A DNA stretch of 63,798 nt, the filler included, from Reticulomyxa filosa (Eukaryota; Protista; Foraminifera): assembly GCA_000512085.1 (NCBI GenBank). It is 26 parts of 26 records of this genome, joined end to end, with 100 filler letters (N's around TTAATTAATTAA, not from the genome) between each part and the next. Parts side by side here need not be neighbours in the genome. Positions count along the whole stretch, not along the records: positions 1 to 5,851 come from ASPP01012958.1; positions 5,952 to 7,927 come from ASPP01000421.1; positions 8,028 to 9,506 come from ASPP01007345.1; positions 9,607 to 10,666 come from ASPP01015331.1; positions 10,767 to 12,647 come from ASPP01008850.1; 21 more parts are not named here. One strand, 5' to 3'. Positions 1 through 11,441 of the stretch are shown in pieces (the stretch's first letter is position 1; each line of letters starts with the position of its first letter). The notes under the pieces are model-generated. The model had not been told where the DNA came from, did not search any database, and worked only from the letters and a program-made list of their open reading frames with translations. Both the position numbers and the translations under genes were made by a program.

Positions 1-33
<33 letters not shown>

Positions 34-40
34 AGTCATT

Positions 41-461
41 TTAAACAATAGATGTGGTGGTGCGCAGCTCTTCTCCTCCAGGGGGACGATGTGAAATCAA
101 AGGGGCAAGACTGTTCCAATCGCGCTCGAATCTGACGGAACAAGGCGGCGTCATAGAGCTTGACTCGTAAGGTAAGTTCCGAAGGCCTTCGTGGATCAAC
201 AACAGCGACGACGAAAAGAATCGATATTTGCAAGGTAATGACATCAACTGCTTCAGCTCTTGGACCTTTTTTAGCATACCTTCTACAATACTCAATCGAA
301 CGTGGCTTTTGTATTGTATCGTGTCATTTCGAGATGGCTTTGTATAACTAAAGTATCGAAGCAAGCAAGTTATGAAATCATTACAACCAATCTTTTTGCC
401 GTACGATTTTGTTAAAACTTCAAACTGATCATTGGATGCATCCCAAAGCTATCTCGTCCAT

Positions 462-495
<34 letters not shown>

Positions 496-1755
496 GGATA
501 CGTACCTGCACAAACAAGCACGAACACATACTACACAAAACTTGCATGCCAGCAATGCGTAGACCAAATATTCTCGATGTAGAATTCCATGATTTCCGCA
601 TCTGCTTGAGCACTTTTTGTTTGGAGACAAATGGAGGATATTGTCGTAATCCCAACTTTATATCCAATATACACGGTTTTTTTAAAGGGACTGTATGCAG
701 TATTTATAATTTCATACATCCCACCGTAAATCAATACATACACAAAACGTTCTTATTATTATTGTTATTATTATCATTATTTTCCTCTTTTATGTCCAGA
801 GAATCTTTGCTTGTGTAGACAAAAACGCATGTACAAAGCTGAGTGTCGTCACCGATCACAATGAAATGTGCGGTCTTTCTATCCACCACTTGCTTGGTTA
901 TCAAATCTTGTTTCTCTTGGGACAAAAAGGTGGTCCAATCAAAGTCATCGGTCTTTCCATTTTTTTTTATTTAAAAGAAGGACATGTTGATTGTCTAATT
1001 TTTTTAAAAAATCCTCTCTCCTCCCCCTCTTCTTTCTTTTCTTTTTCTTTTGTTAAATAAGGGAGCATCAGCCATTGACAGGAAAAAAAAAAAAATTTTC
1101 TTTATTTTTTTTTTTTTTTGGGGTGTCATGACTATGAGATATGCTTAGGTGCAAGTTGATTTGCATGGCCAAGCGTCATTGTAAAACACAAACACGGTAA
1201 CTGCGTTGTTAAAAATATTGGCAAACCCCTTGGCACTGAAAGTGGTTTGGCCAATGAATTTGGGCATCCATGGCACCAATTGTGCGAAATTTTGGTGAAT
1301 CGTTTCATAAAATTCAACTTCCTGTATGTTTGCGTATTCGTAAAAATTCGTTTGCAAGAAGAAAGATGAATAAACATCAACTGACAAAAAAAGATCTACA
1401 AACATGCCTGATTATCGTTTTTTATTTAAATTTTTTTTTAAGAAAAGTAAGAGCTTCACAAAAAAAATGTATAGACGTGATTTGGAGGCTTGATGGTTGG
1501 ATTGGAAGGATGTTTATGTTCAACCTCAAATGAAATGTGTGCGCAATTATAAAGCTTAACAAATGGCCGAGCTGCTTTATAGAGCTTGTCTTTGAATTTT
1601 AAAATGGGAACGCTACCACCCACTTGATACTCAAACGGCTCCATTTGTTTCAGTGGTAGCTCGATTTTTTTGTGTGTCTTGTCTGAGATTTCTTGCTTTG
1701 CGTCATTAGATAAATCACTACTTTTGTTTGTAGTTGCTACAGATGATTCACTCAT
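41..1755 (-). CDS. Inositol polyphosphate kinase (IPK family, IP6K/IPMK-like), multi-exon; 3' end probably outside the window
   Basis: Minus-strand exons give FEYQVGG (~1620) and EVEFYE...PKFIG (~1250-1325). PCILDIKLGLRQY...STSRIFGLRIAGMQV (676-540, the PxxxDxKxG signature) lies in a frame not shown in the ORF track. KYRFFSSSLLLIHEG (SSLL motif) is at ~190-230. The IDF motif is not seen, and a GT donor near 46 suggests further exons. There is an apparent 1-nt frameshift in the T7 run at 677-683. Confidence 0.85.
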
Positions 1756-2085
1756 TACTGATTTAAGAATTTTTGAAAACTTGAATTAACTAATCGAAAA
1801 AAGGTCCCGAAAACAACTAATCCTACTAAAACTATTGTGTCTGAGTTTTTAACTTGTCTAAAATTTTTTAATAGTCTGCAGTTTACACAGTTTAAAATAT
1901 TTTCTTGAAAAGAGCACAACAGTTTTCATCCTATAACGTGATAAAAGAAAACGAAAATATGAATGCTGTGCACTAGTGAAAGTACAGCATCAAGGAATTG
2001 CGACGGAATAATATGTACATAAATGAGAAGCGCATTTTCGTGAAACGCGTGAACAGGTGAGATAGTGGTAGATAAAAAAAAGATA

Positions 2086-4317
2086 ATGCTTCGTCGAAGC
2101 AAAAGAGCATTTTCCTCAACATCGTTTGGGTCGAATACACCCAATAGCGAAGATGGTACTCGCCCAAATAAAAAAGCGAGACTTTTGTTGTCAACAGAGA
2201 CAAAGAATGGCAGCCCAAAAAGCGACACAGCAAAAAACATGGGAATTGGTTTGAATTCAAACAACAGCACAAGCAACTTTAGCTCGTATGTGTGCAACGC
2301 GAGAAATGCCATTCGGTTCAAGTTTGTGGAGCGTGAAGAAGATGTAATAGATGAAGAGCAAACAAGTAATAGCAGTAACAGTAATGGTAGCAAAAGCGGT
2401 AATAAATTTTTTCAACCAGTGTATACCCATCAATTGTTTAACAAAGAGCAAATCCAAGGGTATAAAAACTTGCGAATAAACGTGTATATTTCCCAACCGC
2501 ATTTGTATGCCTACATTGAAATCAAGTACGATGACAAAAAGGCAGACCAATCGAGCAAACCACAGCAAAAGAACTGTGACGATTTGTTGGCCATCTTTCA
2601 GCATTGGATGAAAGGTGGTTTCACAACCAACAAAGAAACGTTTTTGAGCCAGCTAAAAGAAAAATTTGTCCCTGTGGGCAAAAAACATTGTTCCTATATA
2701 CTACCGAATCAGCTCACAGATTTTGATAGTTAATTTTGTCACCCAATCAAAAAACAAAAAAAAGTGTGATGATGTAACCTCATTTTTTTTTTTATAAAAA
2801 ATGGTCCGAAATAAAAAAAATAAAAAAAAAAGAAAATATAAAAAAACAAAAGAAAAAGGAGATGCAATAGAAAAAGCTGATTACGTGTATGAGATATGGC
2901 ATGGAAGTGTCAGAGAAGAGCACATGCAAAGGTATCACGATCGATTGCAATTCTTATTACTTTTTTATATTGAGAGTTGTTCGTACATTGACTCGAATGA
3001 TCCAACTTGGGAGGTGCTTCTGCTATTTGAGAAAAATATCCGCACACAAGAATACAAAAGCGTAGGCTACCTGACATTGTACGCTTTCTTTGCTTATCCT
3101 AATGGCCATCGTTTACGTATATCTCAGGTATTGATATTCCCGCCATTCCAGCGAAGTGGTCATGGCTTTGAATTGATACAACATGTGCACTTTATGGTTA
3201 GATATCGCAATTTCCTTCAGCTCAATGTCGAAGACCCAGCAAAGGGGTTTCAAATCCTGCGAGATATTTCTGATGTGTTCAATGCCGACCTGTGTCAAGT
3301 ATTTACGTAAGTGTCTTAACCAATCTATCATCCTTTTGTGTTTGTGTCTATTATAAGAGGAAAAAGAAATAAAAGCATTGCTTATTGTTTTCAACACATA
3401 CACATAAAAGTGAAGACGAGCTTGTGCTTAGCGAAGCGGATGTTGTTGTCAACAATGCTTCCAGTAACACAAGTTTATTTGGTTTATGTTTTTGTTTTTT
3501 ATAACAAGTGTTCCTTTTTTTTTTTTGTACAATGGCTATTAAATAAAGTATACGTGTTTTTTTTCCCGAAGATACAAACAGCAGTCTGTTATGTACTTCC
3601 CCTTCTACATCGACTTGTCGCACAAGTGATGATTTGGCAAGCGTGAGTAGGACTTCAAGGGGTAAAAATGACCGCTGCAAAAACGGGGAAACTACCAATA
3701 GCATTAGTAGGTATCGCAATCAATTGCCAGGTTCGGTTTACAACGCACGTATAATAAAATGCAGTGATGTGTTGCGAATAACAGAAGAGCAAGCTCGTGT
3801 CGTGTTTGAGATAATGTTATACGAACGACTAAATGAAAGCGATGAAAAAAGTTACAAAAATTTTCGAATGTTTGTTAAAAAAAGGTTGTTTAAGTGCTTA
3901 ATGGAGAGCAATGATTTGCATGTGATTTGTGCTGATGATTTGGCAATTAAGAAGAAATTGCAAGAAATGTACATTGCTGAAGAGAAACGCTATGAAATGG
4001 TTTTATACAAAAAAATGCAACTCATGAGTATTTATCAATGCATCAACACTGACCGCTCCTGCAATCAAGCTGCGAGTCGCGAATGTACCAGGTATCGAAG
4101 ATGTAGCAGAAATAAAATCACATCCCACGGTCCCACCGCTGTGCTCAAGGGTGATTGCAGCAAACTTTGTTCGTTGTGGAATTCTACCCATCGTTATGAA
4201 GAAGATACTGTACTTAAACCGCTTCAAAATGCCATTTATCTTGAGGCCTCTCAACGTTGTAATTCAAAGCGCATTAAAACGCTCAAAAACTTTTTTGAAG
4301 TCATCACTTCCATCTAA
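2086..4317 (+). CDS. HAT1: Histone acetyltransferase type B catalytic subunit (HAT1), multi-exon
   Basis: Hat1_N motif FQPVYTHQLF..EQIQGYKNLRINVY. GNAT core FLLLFYIESCSYID...RLRISQVLIFPPFQRSGHG...NVEDP. C-terminal YKNFRMFVKKRL. Built from ORFs 2065-2733, 2801-3310 and 3634-4317; the exact 3' end is uncertain. Confidence 0.9.
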
Positions 4318-4693
4318 TGCCCCTCTTTCACGAAAGATTGTCAAGGGGAGAAACTGTGCGAATTATGCAAAGTTCGTTCTTTTTCTGAATTTTGGAAACA
4401 CTGTCGTTTTTTAACGTAATAGTAGGTGCCAATATTTTTGTTTTTTGGATAGATTGTTTAAAAAATTATTTTTTTAAAAAAAGATGAAGATGGCTGTTCA
4501 TTTTAAATGCATTTATATTACCCGCAACATCAATAATAACCCACATCTTCCAAAAAAAAAAAAAAGAGTCTTTTACAATTATTTTTAGTGTTACTCAAAG
4601 GGCTTATTAGTCGCGTTCCTAAAAGTTTGTTGTACCTTCTTTCTGCCCCTCCAGGGAAAAAGTTGTAATACTTTTGAACAGTAAAAAACAATA

Positions 4694-5809
4694 ATGGCAG
4701 TCAATTGTATGATAATCAGAAAAGGTATACCAATGCTCATTGCAGATGAACGTGTGTTATGTTTGGAAAGTGGCTGTAGTATTTCTGTTGAAACTGAGTA
4801 AGTTGAACGTTTTTTTTCTCTGTCGCTCCTTTTTATATGCAAGTTGAGCGAGAGTAAAAAGTGGACCGAATTATATATGGATGGGATAGTTTGTAACAAA
4901 ACAAACTGTAGAGCAACTCCGAGTACGTATAGTGGAAAAGGAAAATTGTATATGACGAATTATCGTATGATATTTTTGAAACTCAACCCGACAAAAACGT
5001 TCAGTTCCTGTTCACTTCCGTACCGGCAAGTTCGAAAATTTATTGTGAAAAAGCATTTGTTCTCAGACAATCAAATAGAAGGAGTAGTCGCACCAGTTAA
5101 TGTTCTCTGTCTATATATCTGAAGTAAGGCTTCTTTCTTTTCGTCACAAGCCTAGTTTGTTTCCTAGCTTTTTTGAATTTTATTATGCATCCTCCTTTTT
5201 GTGCATGTAAACGCATAGGAGGGAACAATTTTTTTTTTTTTAACATTACACTAAATGGATTAATTGAATCTTTTTTTTAAAAAAAAAAAAACAAACAAAT
5301 AAAAAAACAAAAGGTGCCTGATGGTGGATTACAAGGCGAAAGCGAGTTTCTGATAAAATTTGATGACGCATCACATATAAAATCATTTTTTACAGTTACG
5401 TATCCAAGTTTGTTTGAAGGACATTATTTCTCAAAGTTTTTAATTGACAAACAAACAAAAAGGAAATTTCTAGAAGAAACAAAAGAGACAAGGGATGAGG
5501 ATTTTTTTTTTTTTTGAAGTGTGTATGCGTACGAAGCACTTGTTTTTTTTTTTTTTTTAAAAAAAAAAAAACATCTTTTTTGTTTGGTGTTGTTATATTC
5601 AGAAAGCCAGCCAACAACATTTGATAGCTATTTCAAAGCCCACAGATGGACATGACATGGCGACTAGAACGCCGTCGTTGCAAGTAGAGCAAATATTCCC
5701 AGACCAATTTCAAAATAGTGCACAGCAGACAGTAAACAAGCAAGTGCATAGAATCAGTGTCAACCCACCAACAACTGCCCCATTGCCTCGTGTGGTGGTG
5801 GCCTCTCAA

Positions 5810-5810
<1 letters not shown>
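4694..5810 (+). CDS. WBP2-like GRAM/PH-domain protein, 3'-truncated by contig end
   Basis: Start MAVNCMIIRKGIPMLIADERVL at 4694. Then YSGKGKLYMTNYRMIF...SCSLPY...LFSDNQIEGVVAP|VPDGGLQGESEFLIKF (intron 5096-5313), matching the pattern of the WW-domain-binding protein 2 GRAM region. A Pro-rich tail follows. Confidence 0.7.
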
Positions 5811-5851
<41 letters not shown>

Positions 5852-5951
5852 NNNNNNNNNNNNNNNNNNNNNNNNNNNNNNNNNNNNNNNNNNNNTTAAT
5901 TAATTAANNNNNNNNNNNNNNNNNNNNNNNNNNNNNNNNNNNNNNNNNNNN
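5852..5951. other. Artificial contig-joining spacer N44-TTAATTAATTAA-N44 (first of 25 identical copies)
   Basis: Identical 100-bp blocks start at 5852, 7928, 9507, 10667, 12648, 15661, 20350, 24614, 28519, 30671, 32626, 34016, 35613, 36863, 42119, 43267, 46424, 47524, 48942, 50522, 54082, 57787, 59041, 61129 and 62627. The palindromic TTAATTAATTAA places TAA stops in all six frames. Confidence 0.98.
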
Positions 5952-5989
5952 AAAAAAAAAAAAAAAATATTGACTGTGCTATAAGCAGT

Positions 5990-6200
5990 TTGGTTCATCA
6001 CACCAAGAATTCGACACATTGCAATTCTTTGTATTCGTTCCAACGTTTCTTATGGATGTCTGCTGCACCATTCCAAAATGCAGATGCATACTCAAGACTC
6101 GGACGGATGATTATCTTGTATAGTAGATTATATGTGGATAAACTTGGTCTGACACCTTTATATGAAAACCGACGACGAAACCCCCAAAATGAACTGCAAC
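5990..6200 (-). mobile_element. Non-LTR retrotransposon (LINE) fragment, region C-terminal to the reverse transcriptase core
   Basis: LLYKIIIRPSLEYASAFW matches the LYKxxIRPxLEYxxxxW motif typical of LINE ORF2. The RT core itself is not visible. Confidence 0.7.
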
Positions 6201-8113
6201 AAAAAAGTTGCCAAAGGGTAGCAAAATGGTTTACAGTCATACTCCGGCCATAATCTCACAAATCCAACTATAAAAAAACTTTATATCACTATAAAAAAAA
6301 ATTTTAGTAGAACTTTGTAAGAAACAAATGGTTGTATTATGTCCCCTGGGATTCATCAAACACGTCATACAGTCGTACAGAGCTTTCATGCTCTAGTGAA
6401 ATACCGAGGATTTTTTTTTAACCGAAGTAAATTTGATGTTTGTTCCATTGTTATTTGAATTATATTTCACTTTCTACAATCTTCATTTAGCACATATTAA
6501 ATTTTTTGCGAATGCAGCTGGTTGGATCGAAATCCGCGCTGTATTTCCTTTTTTGAATTGTGAGTTACTGGATCTCTCCAGGAGATTTGGAGACTTTGTG
6601 ATACCATCCGGTCTGATCGAAATCTACGTTGGTATTCCACAATTTGAGAAATATTATATGTTTTTGATTATTGTTTTTGTGTTATATTTTTCTTTCAAAC
6701 TTTGATACCAAATACCTTTTTTACTTTTGGTTTTGTTTTCCTTGGTTTTAATGATGAATGCACGAAATGTGCAAGTGTTGTTTTATTGATTACTTTGTAA
6801 GATATTGTAATTTTATTACTGTATTCCTTGTGAGTGATGTGCTTGGTTGCGATGTTTTTTCCCTTTCCTTTTCGTTTTAGAATTTCAATATTACAACTCT
6901 CAGCTAAAAAAAAAAAATAGGAACCCTTGCAAAAATTTTTTCAAGATATCGTGGACATTGTGAAATTCGGAATTTCCAAAGATGCTGACAAAATATATCT
7001 TTTTTTTTTAGATGAAAAGGATTTAATTTGTTAAATTGACAGAAAGGCAAAATATTGTAAAACAAGCACCTCAAGTTGAACACAGTACTAAATGATACAA
7101 TACGTTACAAAAAGTAACTAACAAATAGCATTCATGTTTCAACATTGAAACAATAATTTTACTTTAAAATTTGTTTTGGTGACAGTGCAACATTTTATAC
7201 AATTCAAAATGATGTCAATTTAACCAATAAAACATTTGTAATTATCACACACTCGCATTGCTCACCTCTGTGCAGCTCCACGCTCAGATTCTACGAGACT
7301 TCAGCAAATGATGGTGTTATATGCTCGAAGATTAAATATCAATCAAATTAAAATGTAGAAAAATCAACAATGTCAGTCACCACCACTAACAAAATTAAAC
7401 TAGACTATTGCAATCAAAATAAAATAAAACAAGCATAAAATTTGTTGAAGCATTCTTTCTTGTTGGTTTCCGAGCCTTTGGCTTGCTCGGATCCTTCGGC
7501 TCCTCGCGTACTTTGGCGCGGGCACGTTTGGCATCAGCGCATGTTAATGAGATGCCTAGCCGCGATTAGGGGAAATATTTTGGGACAATCAAAGTCAAAT
7601 GCATTGAATGATAATTATGATATTAAAATGAACACAAATTTAAATAATGACGTCCTTCTGTGAATTTATATTCCAACGCCAAAAAGAAAGCGCCGAATGA
7701 AAATGAAGATCAAAACGATCGAAATAAATCGCAAGCAAAAAAAATGAGACAACATTATGGACTAAATGTTGTATCATTTTCTCAAAGAAGAAAAGCGAAG
7801 AAATAAATGAAAATAACATTTGGAAGCAAAAAATGAAAGCGAGAAAAGAATATTCTTGCAAGAAATCACCGACATTCATTGACCCAGTTAATGGTCAATC
7901 GATGAAATCACAAACATCGATACTGAANNNNNNNNNNNNNNNNNNNNNNNNNNNNNNNNNNNNNNNNNNNNTTAATTAATTAANNNNNNNNNNNNNNNNN
8001 NNNNNNNNNNNNNNNNNNNNNNNNNNNTTTTTTTTTTTTTTTTTTGTTGATAGTGATTTCACATTTTTTAAAATATATAACATATTCATTGCTTGCATCA
8101 TTTATGTATTGCA

Positions 8114-9506
8114 TATGCATCACAACCATGAGCAGGGCGTAACAAAGAAATTGGAGTGGAGCGAATTTATGGAGCAACAAATTGTAAGTGATGAAGGGAA
8201 ACAAAAGGAGACACAGCAAATAGAGCAGATTCAAAAATTAGAAGTGCAATGGACAAAAGAAAGACAAGAGTTGGTGCAGCAAGCACAACAATATGAGGAG
8301 CAAGTCAAACAATATCAGGCCCAAACCCAAAAACTACAACAAGAGTTAAGCCAGTGGAATGAAAAATATGAAGCGACACAAGAGCAACATCAGAGTCGCA
8401 TTGACCAAATTACTGCGTCGTCCAGCGAACAGGTGCTAAAATACACTGAAAAATTACATGAGTTGGTCAAAGACTATGAACAGAGATTGAAAGAAAAAGA
8501 TGAATCGAGATCCGTTGAAATCCAAACTATGCGACATACTTTGGAGGCATTATATATATATACATATATGTACATATATGTACATATACATATATTTATT
8601 TATTTTTTTATTTGTATTATTACAAATATTTTTTATGGTAATCATTTTCAAAGGAAGAGGAGGAAAAAATAAAAATAAAAATAAAAATAAAATACATAGA
8701 GTACTATTCACGACAGTTTGGAAGCAAAGTTACGTGTTCAAATATCGACTGAGTATGATCACAAGTTCAGCGAGGAACGCAAAAAAATACAACAAGAGGT
8801 AGAAACATATTGGAAAAAAAAATTGAATCCGGTGATCATGGAGATGAATTGAATGCAAATGACAGCAAACTCACAGGTAGTTAGTGGATATAGGTTTCTT
8901 GGTGAGAGGGAGAAAGAGACAGAAAAAAAAAAAAAATAATAATAACTCTTTTTTTTTTTTTTCTCTCAGTTTTCTTTTTGTAATTTTGACATAAATAACA
9001 ACAACAAAAAAGAAAAAGCAAAATTTGAAAATTTATCCGTATCAGGGCCATTGAACTCGGACTTTGGTAGTGCTGCGTTGTCAACCTTGGTGACGTCCTT
9101 GACGGAACGAAAACAAAGCAGTGCGGACTTTGCAAAACCTGTTAATTTTCCTTGCTTGTGCAAAAGAGGAAGAAAAACAAAACGAAATGTAGCAAACACA
9201 ATTGCGAAAAAATATATACGTACATTGTATATGTATATAACATTTGTTTAAACGTGGATACCAAAAAACTAACAGGAAAATAGCTGGAATTGGACATGTG
9301 AAGAAGTGGGATGTTGGTTGATATCAATCAATTGCAAAATGTACATAACCTCGTTCATAGAACAGTACATTGATGGCACCATATTATTAAGTGACATTGG
9401 TGAACACGAACTCAAAAATGACTTGGCTGTCAAGTCAATGCATTGCAAAAAAATTATCCGAGAAATTCATCACTTAAAACATGTATACTTTTTTTTTTTT
9501 TTTTTT
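8114..9506 (+). CDS. Coiled-coil protein with SAM (sterile alpha motif) domain, partial
   Basis: Q/E-rich heptad exon at 8109-8550. SAM exon WTCEEVGCWLISINCKMYITSFIEQYIDGTILLSDIGEHELKNDLAVKSMHCKKIIREI at ~9290-9480. Confidence 0.75.
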
Positions 9507-9606
9507 NNNNNNNNNNNNNNNNNNNNNNNNNNNNNNNNNNNNNNNNNNNNTTAATTAATTAANNNNNNNNNNNNNNNNNNNNNNNNNNNNNNNNNNNNNN
9601 NNNNNN

Positions 9607-9699
9607 ACGCTGTTCGAGTTTGATGCCGACTTTTTACTGCCGGCGGCAGCGCCGGCGCCCAAGCGTAGCCGCAAGAAAGCGGCACCGGATAAGCCCTGA
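9607..9699 (+). CDS. 3' end of an unidentified bacterial gene (TLFEFDADFLLPAAAPAPKRSRKKAAPDKP*)
   Basis: Open frame from the contig start to TGA at 9697-9699, GC-rich bacterial codon usage, followed by a terminator. Confidence 0.55.
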   Translation, partial: TLFEFDADFLLPAAAPAPKRSRKKAAPDKP

Positions 9700-9726
9700 T
9701 GGTCGGCGCTGACCGCAACCGTACGC

Positions 9727-9760
9727 AAAAACCCTGCTTGCTTCGTCAGCAGGGTTTTTT
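9727..9760. terminator. Bidirectional rho-independent terminator
   Basis: AAAAACCCTGCT-tgcttcgtc-AGCAGGGTTTTTT: an inverted repeat with A and T tails, lying between two convergent bacterial ORFs. Confidence 0.85.
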
Positions 9761-9824
9761 GTGGGCGACGGTGGCGGGTGGCATCAAGGGTTGGCCGCTA
9801 TCGCTGCTTTTGCTGTTTTGCCGC

Positions 9825-10664
9825 TCAGGCTTTGCCGGGTGGTATCAGCCCCAGTTGCTGCATGGCGTCGTGGCGGGCGTCGTCTTCGCTGTGCAGGTAG
9901 CGGCGGGTGGTCTGGATGCTGCGGTGGCGCAGGTTTTGGCTCACCATCAGCAGGCTGAGCCCGGAGTCCAGCTGGTGGCTGGCGGCGGTGTGGCGCAGCC
10001 AGTGGGTGCTGGCTTGCTGCAGGGTGCTGCGCAGCGGTTCTTCGGCGCGTTCGGCAGCACGTTGCATCACTTCCTTCACGATCAGGTACAGCGCTTTGTC
10101 GCTGATGCCTTGTTGCATGGCCTGGCTGCCAGCCAGCTTGCCAATCAGCGGGGTGGTCTCGCCCGGCGTGGGTAGCGCCGGCAGGCCCAGGTGCTGGCGG
10201 TAGCGTTGCAGCGCTGCCAGTAGCGCGTCGCTAACCGGAATGTCGGCCACCCCCGTTTTGCCATTCACCCGCCACCACCAGCGGCCGCGCTTTTCGAAAA
10301 TATCCCCCATCACCGCCTGGCTGGCTTCGCTGCGCCGGGCGCCGCTCAGGTACAGCAGGCTGAACACCCACAGCGCCCGTTCCCGTTGTGCGACGGCGCG
10401 CGGGCTGTCATCCGGCAGCTGTGCCAGCGTGTCGCACACGTGCGCCCAGGCGTCGCGTTCCAGAAAACGTTCCAGTGCCGGTTGGCTGCGCTCGCGTGGC
10501 GGCTTGTGCAGGCGGAACGGGTTGCCGGCCAGGTGACCGGCGTGGTTCAGGTAGCTGTACAGGCCGCCGAGGATGGTAAAGGCGTGCTGGATGCTGGCTT
10601 CGGACAGCGGGCCGTTGAACGGCCGCCATTGCGCATGGCTGCGCGGTAGTGGCGGGCCTATCCA
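9825..10664 (-). CDS. Bacterial tyrosine recombinase/integrase (phage integrase family), 5'-truncated
   Basis: The frame is open from the contig edge: WIGPPLPRSHAQWRPFNGPLSEASIQHAFTILGGLYSYLNHAGHLAGNPF. Catalytic residues are present: R (SGARRSE), K (NGKTG), HxxR (HWLRHT), H (NLRH) and Y (TTRRY). GC-rich and intronless. Confidence 0.93.
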   Translation of the reverse strand, partial: WIGPPLPRSHAQWRPFNGPLSEASIQHAFTILGGLYSYLNHAGHLAGNPFRLHKPPRERSQPALERFLERDAWAHVCDTLAQLPDDSPRAVAQRERALWVFSLLYLSGARRSEASQAVMGDIFEKRGRWWWRVNGKTGVADIPVSDALLAALQRYRQHLGLPALPTPGETTPLIGKLAGSQAMQQGISDKALYLIVKEVMQRAAERAEEPLRSTLQQASTHWLRHTAASHQLDSGLSLLMVSQNLRHRSIQTTRRYLHSEDDARHDAMQQLGLIPPGKA

Positions 10665-10766
10665 TTNNNNNNNNNNNNNNNNNNNNNNNNNNNNNNNNNN
10701 NNNNNNNNNNTTAATTAATTAANNNNNNNNNNNNNNNNNNNNNNNNNNNNNNNNNNNNNNNNNNNN

Positions 10767-11441
10767 AACAACAACAACAATAACAGCAAAAAAGAAGAAG
10801 AGAAGAAAGAAGAAAACAAGTTGATAGAAGGAACGTATGACAAAATATTAAAGGATGAAAAAATTGGAATGATACTTAAAGATTTAAAGCTTCCATTGAC
10901 TTACTTGGGTATAAAGAAGAAACCGGTTAGCTCACGTCTATGTCTAATCAAAAAAAAGGAGCATGATTTTATGGACGTGACCTTTGACAATCTTAATGCT
11001 CGATCAATGCTAGAATTTGCTTCGTGTATTGGTGATAAAAAGTATAAAGCAGGAGGCGTATTATATTATAAGGATTTCTTTACCGATGACAATATGAAAG
11101 ATATAAAGTTTGTGTTAGATGCCTTCAAAGACGCCGTAAACGTACTAAAATATAACCAAAATATTAAATCAGCAATATTGATATCAAATGCAAACGAGAC
11201 TACAACAGTCAAAATCGGAGATTTCTTTTTCATTTTTCCTGCTTTTGTAACTGTCTTTTTTAAAAACTGTAAGATGGAGAAAGTCAGGCAACTGCAGACC
11301 GTTCATGTTACTCACAGCTTTACGGCGATCGAAGAGACAACGACGACGTTTATAAAAACCACGAATAAAGGTGCTCGCCAACAGACCAAAGAAACAACAG
11401 AGACTAGTACAACGAATGTTAGAGCAAGAGAGCAAAAATAA
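10767..11441 (+). CDS. Hypothetical protein, 5'-truncated; possibly the frameshifted N-terminal part of the next ORF
   Basis: A >200-codon ORF open from near the contig edge, with no evident introns. It overlaps the downstream ORF by 71 nt in another frame. Confidence 0.5.
   Translation, partial: NNNNNNSKKEEEKKEENKLIEGTYDKILKDEKIGMILKDLKLPLTYLGIKKKPVSSRLCLIKKKEHDFMDVTFDNLNARSMLEFASCIGDKKYKAGGVLYYKDFFTDDNMKDIKFVLDAFKDAVNVLKYNQNIKSAILISNANETTTVKIGDFFFIFPAFVTVFFKNCKMEKVRQLQTVHVTHSFTAIEETTTTFIKTTNKGARQQTKETTETSTTNVRAREQK

Noticed and set aside
5896-5907. Recurrent palindrome TTAATTAATTAA as a biological repeat or recombination site
   Set aside because: It is always centred between two runs of 44 Ns, so it is an artificial six-frame-stop linker.
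7469-7540. Hammerhead ribozyme on the minus strand (stem followed by GAAAC)
   Set aside because: The required CUGANGA core is not present in the correct position.
9699-10649. Plus-strand ORFs overlapping the integrase
   Set aside because: These are shadow ORFs expected in high-GC DNA. The minus-strand frame carries all the recombinase catalytic motifs.
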